Notes under the pieces: generated by a model | What the model was told of the DNA's origin: nothing | What the model saw: the letters and a program-made list of their open reading frames with translations, nothing else | The model's database searches: none | Part shown: in pieces, positions 54,788 through 63,560 of the stretch | How positions within the stretch are numbered: position 1 is the stretch's first letter | How the letters are laid out: every line of letters starts with the position of its first letter | Made by a program: the position numbers and the translations under genes | Virus record (IMG/VR): IMGVR_UViG_3300035189_000033 | Coordinates: 22,539-86,538 of that record | Reading direction: 5' to 3' (one strand) | Source of the DNA: a virus | Length of the DNA stretch: 64,000 nucleotides

Positions 54788-56191
54788 TTAATCGGCCGCC
54801 TCCGACGCCGGTTCGCCCAGGCGTTGGGCGCTGGCGCGGAACAGCGCGTCAATCTCTGATCGCACCTTTGCCGGCGCGTCGCGGCGATTGCGCACGACCG
54901 ATGGCTCGACATGCAGCGCGGCCAGATCATCCATCGTCGGGCATTCGCGCAGCAGGGTTTCCAGCGCCTGCATCCACTTGTAGCCGACACCCATATCGAC
55001 CATCAGCGCGATCGCGGCGCGGGTCATGAACGGCGGTTCCGCCTCCGCTGGCGGCGCCACCGGTCGGCGCCGGCCGTTCGCCTTCTGCGACGGCCTCTCG
55101 TGCGGCGGCTCGACGATGGCGCCCTGGCGGGGCTTGACATGCCCGGGATGGCGCGCCGAGGGCGGTTCGGTCAGCGGTGTCTTGGCCTTGCTAAGAAGCG
55201 AAGCGACTGGGGCGGTCAGCAGTTCCTCCAGCGTGCCCAACCGGTCTTGCGGTGCGGCAAGGGCGGCCGGTTCGGACTTGTCTTCGCTAATGCTCGCGTC
55301 CTGGCGCTCGAAATCAATCTCCAGGTCAGCCATCATCGCCGCCTGGAAGCGCTTGGCCGCCGCACTGGTGGTGTCGAGGTTGATCCACTTCGCGGTGAAC
55401 AGGATCATCCCTTTCAGGAACATCTCGTCGATCCAGCGCCCCGACCACGGGCCTTTCTCGGCGCGGGTGCTCTGCCACAGGCTGATCAGCCGCTGGCGGG
55501 TCATCCAGCGCCGCGTGATGGTGCCGTCGGTGGCGGTGATGAGGCAGTAGGCGGCGCGCAGGTGAGCGATGAACGCATCCGGCTTGGAGATCATGGCGCC
55601 GTTGCCGTCACGGCCACCGTTCAGCGCGGCATAGGCCGCATCGACAATGTCGGGGTCGACCTCGTGCTCGATGCGGTCTTCCTCGCCCTGGATGATGCGG
55701 AACGGCTCGCCGTTGAACACCAGCACCGCGCGGATGCTGCGGATCGCGCCGGTTTCGCGGCCCAGCTTGACCACGCCCCAGACCATCGGCTGCCAGGCGA
55801 TTTCAAACGTCTTGGTATCGGCGTTGTAGCGGGGCACCAAAGCCCCTTGCTTGCCGTCCGGCAGCAACCCCATGCTGGCCGCCCGCATCACCCCGGTCAG
55901 CAGCGACGGGCGCAAATCCGCGCGCAGCAATTGCGGCTTGAGCACGACTGCGGTTTTGGCGGTGGCGATGAACACCGGCGCCTGGACGTGATCGGGCAGC
56001 ATGATTTTCAGTTGCCGCAGCGTGTCGGCGTGTTCCAGCCAGTCGTAAAAGTCCTCACCGGCGGCGGCCAGTTCCTCCGGCGTCATCGCCGGCGCAGCAT
56101 TGCCGCGGCCACGCCCGCGACCGGAGCCGCCACCGTGCTGCGGGCCGTATTCAGGGGGCGGGATATCGGACCAGTCGGGCGCGTCGGACAT
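54788..56191 (-). CDS. recT: RecT-family single-strand annealing protein
   Basis: AASMGLLPDG..GALVP, WQPMVWG..KL, KGPW...EMFLK. Confidence 0.85.
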   Translation of the reverse strand: MSDAPDWSDIPPPEYGPQHGGGSGRGRGRGNAAPAMTPEELAAAGEDFYDWLEHADTLRQLKIMLPDHVQAPVFIATAKTAVVLKPQLLRADLRPSLLTGVMRAASMGLLPDGKQGALVPRYNADTKTFEIAWQPMVWGVVKLGRETGAIRSIRAVLVFNGEPFRIIQGEEDRIEHEVDPDIVDAAYAALNGGRDGNGAMISKPDAFIAHLRAAYCLITATDGTITRRWMTRQRLISLWQSTRAEKGPWSGRWIDEMFLKGMILFTAKWINLDTTSAAAKRFQAAMMADLEIDFERQDASISEDKSEPAALAAPQDRLGTLEELLTAPVASLLSKAKTPLTEPPSARHPGHVKPRQGAIVEPPHERPSQKANGRRRPVAPPAEAEPPFMTRAAIALMVDMGVGYKWMQALETLLRECPTMDDLAALHVEPSVVRNRRDAPAKVRSEIDALFRASAQRLGEPASEAAD

Positions 56192-56956
56192 CTAGGCTGG
56201 GCTCCTTGGTTGATAGGCTTGTTCCGCGCGTTCGAGCAGCGACAGGTGGCCCTGGTCACTCGGTCGACGCTGCAATTCCTGGGTGGCGGTGAACCGGACG
56301 TCCTCGTCCATGTCGGTCTGGCGCATGATCCATTGCAGGTAATCGACCGGGACCTCGGACCAGCGGGCGAGGCGGTGCTTGCCGAACAGCACCCTGGGCA
56401 GCAGCCCGGGTTCGCGGGTCCAGGCGAGCAGCCGTTTCAGCCGGTGCTCGCCGCCTTCGAGCGCCAGCATCGTCGAGAATATCCAGGCGGTGACATAGGC
56501 GTCGGGCCCGGCGCGGTGCGGCGGCATCGCCAGGGTGGGATCGAAGCCCGCCATCGCATCGAGGCCGAGAACGTAGCGCAGCACCTGATTGGTATGGCGC
56601 GGCGCGTCCGGCCACAGCCGCAGCGCGGCTTTGTAGGTGCAGATCCAGGGTGCTGGGGCGTCGGGCCAGAAACTGGCCTCGAACGCCGCATGGTGGGCGA
56701 CATAGGCGACCGGTTTGCCGTCCGTGAGCGCGTCCTGCCAGTCCTGCTTGCGGACGCCGCGCTCGACCTGCTGCTCGCTCAGGTGGTGCGCCGCCATGGC
56801 CTCGACCGAAATCGGGTGGGCCGGGCGGCACAGCATGCTGCGCGGTCGGGTCATCTGCCCGTCGGAGCGGACATCGACCCAGCCGACTTCGATCACGTCC
56901 GCCGCGGCCGGATCGAGGTCGGTGGTCTCGAAGTCGATGACGCGGGCGAAGGTCAT
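56192..56956 (-). CDS. DEDDh 3'-5' exonuclease (ExoX-like)
   Basis: IDFETT, AHHAAFE, WICTYK, HRAGPD; C-terminal FGKH...VPVDYL.W. Confidence 0.88.
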   Translation of the reverse strand: MTFARVIDFETTDLDPAAADVIEVGWVDVRSDGQMTRPRSMLCRPAHPISVEAMAAHHLSEQQVERGVRKQDWQDALTDGKPVAYVAHHAAFEASFWPDAPAPWICTYKAALRLWPDAPRHTNQVLRYVLGLDAMAGFDPTLAMPPHRAGPDAYVTAWIFSTMLALEGGEHRLKRLLAWTREPGLLPRVLFGKHRLARWSEVPVDYLQWIMRQTDMDEDVRFTATQELQRRPSDQGHLSLLERAEQAYQPRSPA

Positions 56957-57930
56957 GGGTGCACCAGTTCCTTGACCTTCCACCAGATCGATGCAGCGCG
57001 CTTGCCGACGATCTTGTTGGGGTCCATGTCGCCGGCGCGCTGGCCCGGGTTTGCCGCGGTGAACACGCCATTCAGCGCGTAGCCGGTGCAGACCGCGTGT
57101 TTGCGGCCCTTCAGCTTCTCGCGCAGGCGGTTCTTGAATTCCTCTTCGTTGTCCGCAGCGGCTTTGCGGTCCGCTGTCGCCACCAGCAGCCCGGCGCAGA
57201 TTTCCGGCATCTCGTTGTCGGTGGTCAGATCCAGCGGCAGTTCGACCGGCAGGGTCGGATACAGCGCGGTCACGGCAGCGGCGGTGCTTTCCGACCCGTC
57301 CACCAGCGGCGGGCGGCGCTCGCGCAGGCCGTTCCAGAACTCGGTCACCCGGGCGCGGATCAGGTGGATGGTCTTGTCGCGGCGGGCATAGCGGTAGGCC
57401 GGCAGTTCGTTGCCGCCGACCATGCCGATGATCACCCCCCAGGTGCAGTTCGCGCAGGCGATTTCGTGCTGCAACTGCAGAAGGATCGGGAACGGCGGTT
57501 CGTCCATCGTCCATTTCTGGCGGAACTGCAAACCGTCAACGTTCTTGATCTGCAACACGCCCGGCCCCTGGAAGCCGAGTTTGATTTCCTCGGGCCCGGG
57601 TTCCGTAATCAGATAATCGAGGCTACAGGCCATGCCCGGGGTCGTGTCATCGAGGCAATAACCGCCCTTCTGAATAGTCCAGCCGTGCAGCTCGGCCGCC
57701 ATCGCCGCGATCTGCGGTTCGAGTTTGATGCCGAACCAGATGCGCGAGCCCGGGCTGTCGTCCACTGGCGGGGCCGGGATCTGGCCGGACTTGACCATGT
57801 GCAGGGTGTACGCGGACTGCGCATAGTCGGCCTGCACGCCGAACAGGCCGGCGATTTCGGAGCCGCCGATGTTCTGCAAGCGGATGGCGTGCCAAGCGTC
57901 TGAGTGTTCGATGATATCGGCGACGATCAT
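56953..57930 (-). CDS. YqaJ/lambda-exonuclease-like nuclease
   Basis: WHAIR..IGGSEIAGL, CSLD, LQIK, QLQHE. Confidence 0.88.
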   Translation of the reverse strand: MIVADIIEHSDAWHAIRLQNIGGSEIAGLFGVQADYAQSAYTLHMVKSGQIPAPPVDDSPGSRIWFGIKLEPQIAAMAAELHGWTIQKGGYCLDDTTPGMACSLDYLITEPGPEEIKLGFQGPGVLQIKNVDGLQFRQKWTMDEPPFPILLQLQHEIACANCTWGVIIGMVGGNELPAYRYARRDKTIHLIRARVTEFWNGLRERRPPLVDGSESTAAAVTALYPTLPVELPLDLTTDNEMPEICAGLLVATADRKAAADNEEEFKNRLREKLKGRKHAVCTGYALNGVFTAANPGQRAGDMDPNKIVGKRAASIWWKVKELVHP

Positions 57931-57944
57931 TGCGGGCGTTCCTT

Positions 57945-59024
57945 TCAGTAAGTGATGGTGACGTGACGGATTTCGGACTTGGCGATCGCGATGATGATGG
58001 CTTTGCTCAGACTCTCCAGCATCCCGACCGAGGCGGTGGTCTGCGCGCCCGCCGCGGCCGTCATCATGTCGTGCAGGGCCTCGCGGTGGATGCGCTGGCG
58101 ATGGGCGGCGTGACGCTCGCGCCGGGCGGCCTCGTCGGCGGCGGCCTGGGCGTCATCCTGCTGGCGCTTTCGCTCGCGCGCGACGGCCTGTTCGGCTGCG
58201 ACCTCCGCCGCCCGGGCCTTAGCCTCGGCCTCGGCAATCGCGCGCGCCGCCGCTTCGCGTTCGAGCGCGGCCTGCTGTTCGGCCTCCATCAGCGCCACCG
58301 CTCGGGCGTTGGCCGCGATGCGGGCTTCGTGCTCCAGCCGCCTTGCCTCGTTCTCCGCGGCGACCCGCGCGGCGTCAGCCTCGCGCCGCACGGCCGCGCG
58401 GTGCGCCTCGACCAGCTTGTCCCGCGTCGCCTCGATGGCGCGTTCGGCACGCACCGCGAATTCCTGCCATGGGCGATCGGACGGTGTCGGCAGCGACCAG
58501 ATGCGTTCGTTGATCGCCTCGGCGGTCATCCACTCGGTGTTGGCGAGCGCCTCGATCGCGGCGATGGCGGCCTCGTGGTCAGCAATGCGCCGGGCTTCCT
58601 CCGCCTCGAACGCATCGAGCGGCGCGCGGACCTCGGCTTTGAGCGTGTCGAGGCGGTCGCGCAGCAAGCGCCGGTCGGCATCGACCAGTCCCGCCATGCG
58701 CTTCCATTCGACGGCGAGATCCTTGCCCATGTCATCGAGCGCGGTCTTGGACTGCGCCACCTTATAGGCAAGCGAGGCGACCGCCTTGCGGCCTTTCGGG
58801 GTGCTGGCGTCGAGCGTGCCGGCTTGGGCGCGCACTTCGGCTTCCAGCGACGTCAGCAGCGCATCGACGCCGCCCGGGGCGAACACCTGCGCGGGCACCA
58901 GGGCCGCGACGGCGACCAGCGCCCGCTCGCCGCCGCCCTGCTGTGTGGCCAGCGAGGTGGGCGCGGGCGACGGGATCACGCCAGTCTCGTCCATGAAGCA
59001 AAGTTCGGACGCGGTCAGCATCAT
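57945..59024 (-). CDS. Conserved phage coiled-coil protein
   Basis: DASTPKGRKAVASLAYKVAQSKTALD motif; A/E/R-rich. Confidence 0.8.
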   Translation of the reverse strand: MMLTASELCFMDETGVIPSPAPTSLATQQGGGERALVAVAALVPAQVFAPGGVDALLTSLEAEVRAQAGTLDASTPKGRKAVASLAYKVAQSKTALDDMGKDLAVEWKRMAGLVDADRRLLRDRLDTLKAEVRAPLDAFEAEEARRIADHEAAIAAIEALANTEWMTAEAINERIWSLPTPSDRPWQEFAVRAERAIEATRDKLVEAHRAAVRREADAARVAAENEARRLEHEARIAANARAVALMEAEQQAALEREAAARAIAEAEAKARAAEVAAEQAVARERKRQQDDAQAAADEAARRERHAAHRQRIHREALHDMMTAAAGAQTTASVGMLESLSKAIIIAIAKSEIRHVTITY

Positions 59025-59467
59025 CAGAATTGCACCGCGAACGGACGGTTGCCGGCCATGCTTGAGGCACGCGCGGACGCAAATTCGTGGAATTCGGCGA
59101 TTTCGCCGGGCCGGAAATCACGCTCGGCCAGCATCTCGGCGGTGGCCTCGCCGGTAGCGTCGGTCAGATCGATGATCGCCATCGCCAAGCGCCGGACGAG
59201 CGTGTCGAGGCGTTGCTGGTTGTGCGATGCAGCCCAGACATGGGCGTTGGCGAAAGCCTCGGCGACCGTCGGGGCATCGAAGAACTTGGTTTCGCCGACC
59301 CCGATGCCGTCCGGATAGACCATCAGAAAGACTTTGTTCGGGCCGGCGCGGCGCATGATGTTCACCGAGGCGTCGGCCTTTGGTCGTCCCAGCGCCGCCA
59401 CCAGCCGGTCGATTTCGCTCACCACGGTCTCGGCAAGTCCAGCATCAAAGAGAGAAGTGGTGTCCAT
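59024..59467 (-). CDS. Hypothetical protein
   Basis: Coupled ORF. Confidence 0.7.
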   Translation of the reverse strand: MDTTSLFDAGLAETVVSEIDRLVAALGRPKADASVNIMRRAGPNKVFLMVYPDGIGVGETKFFDAPTVAEAFANAHVWAASHNQQRLDTLVRRLAMAIIDLTDATGEATAEMLAERDFRPGEIAEFHEFASARASSMAGNRPFAVQF

Positions 59468-60009
59468 CAGGCGGCGTCCTTCTGTTCGAGACAGGTGATT
59501 GCATCAGTAATGAGTTTGGCCGCGGCGGCGACGGTGTCTTCATCGACCGGCTTTTCCTGCCGGCGGCCGGCGTAGAGGTATTCGGCGTGTGGGTGATCCA
59601 GCATCCGCGCGCGCAACACGGCCTGCGCGCTGAGCAGCCGCCGTTCGTCGAGGGTGGCGGGGAGATAGAGCGGTTCGCCCAGGGCATCGGCGACGGCTTG
59701 CAGCGACCGGGTTTCGACCAGGCGATGGGTGGCGACGTAGACGGATCCGGCTTGGTGCTGAATGCGCTCGAACGCGCAACTGACGGTGGGATTGATGACG
59801 GTGCCGGACAACCGGCTGCCCGGGGACAACTGCATTGCTGCGCGGAGCAGCATGGCGGCTTCGATCTGGCTGATCATCCTGGGTTGCACCGGCATGCAAT
59901 CCTGGCTAGAACCGCAGGAGGTCGTGTCTGTGATGACACCGCCGGCTTCGCCTGATCCGGGCATGGTCCCTGATGGCGGGCACTCGTGACATTGGTGGGG
60001 ACTATTCAT
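59467..60009 (-). CDS. Hypothetical protein
   Basis: First gene of the leftward early unit; start uncertain. Confidence 0.55.
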   Translation of the reverse strand: MNSPHQCHECPPSGTMPGSGEAGGVITDTTSCGSSQDCMPVQPRMISQIEAAMLLRAAMQLSPGSRLSGTVINPTVSCAFERIQHQAGSVYVATHRLVETRSLQAVADALGEPLYLPATLDERRLLSAQAVLRARMLDHPHAEYLYAGRRQEKPVDEDTVAAAAKLITDAITCLEQKDAA

Positions 60010-60040
60010 CGCGCGCCGACCCTGAGTTGGTGCGGCGCAG

Positions 60041-60092
60041 TTAACCAATTTGGTGAGTTAGTTGTCCAGGGGAAATTTTACCAAACTGGTTA
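60041..60092 (-). promoter_or_regulatory. PL-like promoter with two operators
   Basis: ACCAATTTGGT (60044-60054) and ACCAAACTGGT (60080-60090); minus-strand TGGACA...TTAACT. Confidence 0.7.
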
Positions 60093-60131
60093 GTCTCAAT
60101 AAAATTCGGGGAGGGCTGTTAGATGACGGTT

Positions 60132-60668
60132 CTACGATTTCCGGCTTTGTCTGACGCTCAAGGTTCGGTCTTGCCAAAGGGTCACGATATCGAGAACGAA
60201 TTTCTGGTCCATCGGCTGGAGACTGCGCCAGAAGTCGAGCAGCATCCGCTCGACCATGGTGGCGCCCGGCGAGCGCAAATTCTGCGCATCGCGAATGCCT
60301 GGCAGCGGGCGTGGACTGCGGCCGGCTTCTGATTCAGTGACTAAATCGGCGAGCAGATTGATCACACCGAGCACGTAGGACTGGTCGCGCGGCGACAGGC
60401 TGCGCCAGAACGCCAGCAGGAAAGCCTCGATTTCGCTGGCGCGCGGCCGGCGGCCGGGTACGGTATGCGCGTTCGCCAGCAGATCGGCCTTGGTCAGCCC
60501 CAGCGCCGCCGACAGCCGCTCCAGCCACTTGTCATTGAGCCCGCGCTTGCCGTTTTCGAGCCGGGAAATCGTCTGCGCGGTGGTCCCCGCGGCGATGGCC
60601 AAGCTCTCCTGGCTCCACTGCCGGCGCTCGCGCTGCTCGCGTATGCGATTCTTCGATACCTGCTCCAC
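60132..60668 (-). CDS. CI-like XRE repressor without S24 peptidase domain
   Basis: NRIREQRERRQWSQESLA...TISRLENGKRGL HTH; divergent from cro. Confidence 0.85.
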   Translation of the reverse strand: MEQVSKNRIREQRERRQWSQESLAIAAGTTAQTISRLENGKRGLNDKWLERLSAALGLTKADLLANAHTVPGRRPRASEIEAFLLAFWRSLSPRDQSYVLGVINLLADLVTESEAGRSPRPLPGIRDAQNLRSPGATMVERMLLDFWRSLQPMDQKFVLDIVTLWQDRTLSVRQSRKS

Positions 60669-60704
60669 GGCTCTGTTGTGGCACGATTCGCCGGTAGTGA
60701 CAGC

Positions 60705-60751
60705 GCCAATATGGTAAATTTCCGCTTGCCGTGACCGGGCCAATATGGTGA
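60705..60751. promoter_or_regulatory. OR-like operator pair
   Basis: GCCAATATGGT at 60705 and 60739, between cI and cro. Confidence 0.75.
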
Positions 60752-60762
60752 TGTGGCATACC

Positions 60763-60987
60763 ATGATGCTCCGGACCTATCTCGCGCACCACAAGATCAG
60801 TGCAACCGCTTTCGCCGCCGAGATCGCAGTCTCGGGCGCCGCGCTGCATCGCTATATCAACGGCGAGCGCATCCCCCGCCCCGAGGTCATGCAACGCATC
60901 TGCGCTGCCACCCGCGGGAGTGTGCAGCCGAACGACTTTTTCCCTTTCACGCAACCTCAAGACGGGCCGCCCCTGGTGGCGGCGTGA
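60763..60987 (+). CDS. Cro-like HTH
   Basis: LRTYL...SATAFAAEIAVS..ALHRYINGERIPRPEVM..I...T.GSVQPNDF. Confidence 0.85.
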   Translation: MMLRTYLAHHKISATAFAAEIAVSGAALHRYINGERIPRPEVMQRICAATRGSVQPNDFFPFTQPQDGPPLVAA

Positions 60988-61133
60988 CGGCACACACAAA
61001 CCCGCCGGCAGGCCGGGGGCGTTAGCACGCGCATGTCTGCTTTGTTCCCTCCCTTCGATTGCGGACGGTCGGCAAAGCGGCTGTCCGACTTTTTCTAGGG
61101 CCAACAAACCTACCCAGGGGAAAGGTTACTTTC

Positions 61134-61847
61134 ATGGCACGCCGAAGCAGCGTCGATGAGCCGTCAGCACCCAGCAACTGCTCGGACGAAACCAAACGAC
61201 AGGCCTACCGCGAAGCGCTGATCCTGAAGATCGCCGCTGAAGGGGCGGCCGAAGCAGCAAAATCGAAGCTGGGATCATACCGCGCCTATCTGAAGGTCGC
61301 GGGCAAGCGGGGCGTCTCGACGCAGGCCATCATCAATGCCCTGGCGCATCGGTTCGAGGATCCGGATCTGGTGCTGATCGAGGAGCGCGAGCGGCTGCGC
61401 CTCTACGAACTCTCCGGCTTCCTGCCGGGCATCCGCGACAAACTGCTGAGCCGGCTCGACGTGCAGGAGCCGACGACGCGCGAGGAAGAAGAAAATCAGG
61501 TTCTCATCGCTTTCGATCGCGGCGCCCTGGCGGGACGTTCGGGCCATCCGCAGACCGTCAACGACTATCCGGTCGGATCGCCGGGCTACGTGAAGTGGAT
61601 CGAAGGCTGGCGCGCCGGCCAGCAGGCCATCGCCGACGAGATGGTTATGGAGCAAGAATCCCCGCGAACGGTCGAGCGGGTCGCCTCGCCGCCGCCGCCG
61701 CCGCCGCCGCGAGGGACAGCGGCCAAAGGGCGAGGCCGCCCGCGCAAGGCTGCCAAGTCAAATGCGCAACCCGGCCGCGGGGAGGCCGCGCTGCTTGCGC
61801 ATGACAGCAATGAATTACCCGGAGCGATCCCCCCGGCCGTCTTCTGA
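61134..61847 (+). CDS. GapR-like domain plus RMF-like motif protein
   Basis: KRGVSTQAI...R..DP....E...LRLY..SG; AFDRGALAG...YP....KWIEGWRAGQ. Confidence 0.55.
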   Translation: MARRSSVDEPSAPSNCSDETKRQAYREALILKIAAEGAAEAAKSKLGSYRAYLKVAGKRGVSTQAIINALAHRFEDPDLVLIEERERLRLYELSGFLPGIRDKLLSRLDVQEPTTREEEENQVLIAFDRGALAGRSGHPQTVNDYPVGSPGYVKWIEGWRAGQQAIADEMVMEQESPRTVERVASPPPPPPPRGTAAKGRGRPRKAAKSNAQPGRGEAALLAHDSNELPGAIPPAVF

Positions 61848-62383
61848 TGGACGGCTCCGGCGCGCTGCCGGACGAGCCGGTGATCCGCATCGTCGTGCCG
61901 GGCCCGCCCCGCGGCTGGCAGCGCGGCGGCCACAAGATCATCACGCCGAAGGACAAGACGAAGAAAGCCTTCGTCTCGACGTTCACGCGAGACGCAACCC
62001 GCAGCGAACAGGGTGCGATCCGCATGTTCGCCGAGCAGGCGATGGCCGGCCAGGCGCCGTTCCAGGATGCCGTCGACCTGCGCTACGGCGCGTTCTTCGA
62101 GATCCCGGCAAGCTGGTCTGCGGTGAAGCAGCGCCGTGCCGCGGCCGGCATGATCCTGCCCACGGTGCGGCCCGACTTCGACAACCTCATGAAGCAGGTC
62201 GATGCGCTGAAGGGCATCGTCTGGCGCGATGACGTCCAGGCGACGGACGTTCATTTCTGGAAACGCTACGCCGCCCATCCGCGCGTCGTGATGGAAATCC
62301 GCCTGATCAGCCCCGAGCGGCTGCGGCGGGAAGCGGCGGCCCTGGCAAGCGCGGCCGGGCTCACCGAAGGGTGGTTCGGATGA
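61847..62383 (+). CDS. rusA: RusA-like Holliday junction resolvase
   Basis: RPDFDNLMK.VDALKGIVWRDDVQ. Confidence 0.9.
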   Translation: MDGSGALPDEPVIRIVVPGPPRGWQRGGHKIITPKDKTKKAFVSTFTRDATRSEQGAIRMFAEQAMAGQAPFQDAVDLRYGAFFEIPASWSAVKQRRAAAGMILPTVRPDFDNLMKQVDALKGIVWRDDVQATDVHFWKRYAAHPRVVMEIRLISPERLRREAAALASAAGLTEGWFG

Positions 62384-62571
62384 TCGCCTCGCTGCGCCAG
62401 TTCCTGGCCCGCTGCCCCGTCGTTCTCGATGAGAAAAATCGGGACTGGCAGATCGCCGGGGCGCTGCAACGCCAGGGCATGGTGCGGCTGGAATGGATCG
62501 CCACCCGTGTCGCCCGGGTCTGGGCGACCGAAGCGGGCAAAAACGAACTGCAGAAGGTCGAAGCGTCATGA
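62380..62571 (+). CDS. Small hypothetical protein
   Basis: ATGA coupling at both ends. Confidence 0.6.
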   Translation: MIASLRQFLARCPVVLDEKNRDWQIAGALQRQGMVRLEWIATRVARVWATEAGKNELQKVEAS

Positions 62572-63560
62572 GCGCCGCCTATTACAACGAGGTCAACGCG
62601 CATGCCGCCGGATGGCTCCGCAACCTTGTCGCAGCCGGACTTATTTGCGCCGGCGACGTTGACGACCGCGATATCCGCGACGTCTGCGCCGATGACCTCA
62701 AAGGCTACACGCAGCACCATTTCTTCGCTGGCATCGGAATCTGGTCGCTTGCGCTCCGGATGGCAGGATGGCCAGACGATCGCCCCGTCACCACCGGATC
62801 CTGCCCATGCCAGCCTTTCAGCGGCGCAGGCAAAGGCGATGGGTTTGCTGACGAGCGGCATCTATGGCCTGCATGGCACTGGCTCATCGGCCAGTACCGC
62901 CCTGACACGATCTTTGGGGAGCAGGTTGCAGACAAGGGTGGCCGGTCGTGGCTCGACCTTGTATCGGCTGACCTGGAAACTCTCGCGTACGCCTTCGCGC
63001 CGGTCGTTCTTCCTGCTGCGTGCCTCGGAGCGCCCAACATCCGGCATCGTTTCTTCTGGGTGGCCGACGCCGACCCGGATGGATGGGCAGTCGAGCGGCA
63101 CCAGCGCGGCCAACGCGGGCAAGACGTTGACGGACGCGGCGCGGTGCGCGGGCTGGCCGACGCCGGCGGCGGTCGACGCAACCTCGATCTCGGAATCGCT
63201 GGCCAGCAAGCGGGCGCGGGGCTCGGGCGGGATCAATCTGAACACGGCGGCGCGCACCACAACCGGCTGGGCGACGCCAGCCGCGCGGGATTACCGCACG
63301 CCGAACCACAAGGCGCTGAAGGACCGGGGCGGCGGGACGAAGGGCGAGCAACTGAACAACCAAGCGGCCCATGTGATCCCTGGCGCGAGCTTGAATGGAT
63401 TGCCTGCCTCGACGGCAGGCGCCGGCCTACTCAACCCGGACTTTTCCCGCTGGCTGCTCGGCATCCCGGCGACGTGGCCAAACTGCGCGCCTACGGCAAC
63501 GCGATCAGCCCGCAAGTCGCCGCCGAAGTGATCCGCGCATACATGGAGCAGGCATCATGA
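62568..63560 (+). CDS. C5-cytosine DNA methyltransferase (main frame)
   Basis: FFAGIG (I), GSCPCQPFS (IV), GEQV (VI), IRHRFFW (VIII), LRAYGNAI (X). Confidence 0.92.
   Translation: MSAAYYNEVNAHAAGWLRNLVAAGLICAGDVDDRDIRDVCADDLKGYTQHHFFAGIGIWSLALRMAGWPDDRPVTTGSCPCQPFSGAGKGDGFADERHLWPAWHWLIGQYRPDTIFGEQVADKGGRSWLDLVSADLETLAYAFAPVVLPAACLGAPNIRHRFFWVADADPDGWAVERHQRGQRGQDVDGRGAVRGLADAGGGRRNLDLGIAGQQAGAGLGRDQSEHGGAHHNRLGDASRAGLPHAEPQGAEGPGRRDEGRATEQPSGPCDPWRELEWIACLDGRRRPTQPGLFPLAARHPGDVAKLRAYGNAISPQVAAEVIRAYMEQAS
62602..63531 (+). CDS. Overlapping +1-frame MTase partner (WPTP repeats, motif IX-like); start uncertain
   Basis: GWPTP/GWPTP/GWATP repeats; LLNPDFSRWLLGIPATW. Confidence 0.7.
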   Translation: MPPDGSATLSQPDLFAPATLTTAISATSAPMTSKATRSTISSLASESGRLRSGWQDGQTIAPSPPDPAHASLSAAQAKAMGLLTSGIYGLHGTGSSASTALTRSLGSRLQTRVAGRGSTLYRLTWKLSRTPSRRSFFLLRASERPTSGIVSSGWPTPTRMDGQSSGTSAANAGKTLTDAARCAGWPTPAAVDATSISESLASKRARGSGGINLNTAARTTTGWATPAARDYRTPNHKALKDRGGGTKGEQLNNQAAHVIPGASLNGLPASTAGAGLLNPDFSRWLLGIPATWPNCAPTATRSARKSPPK

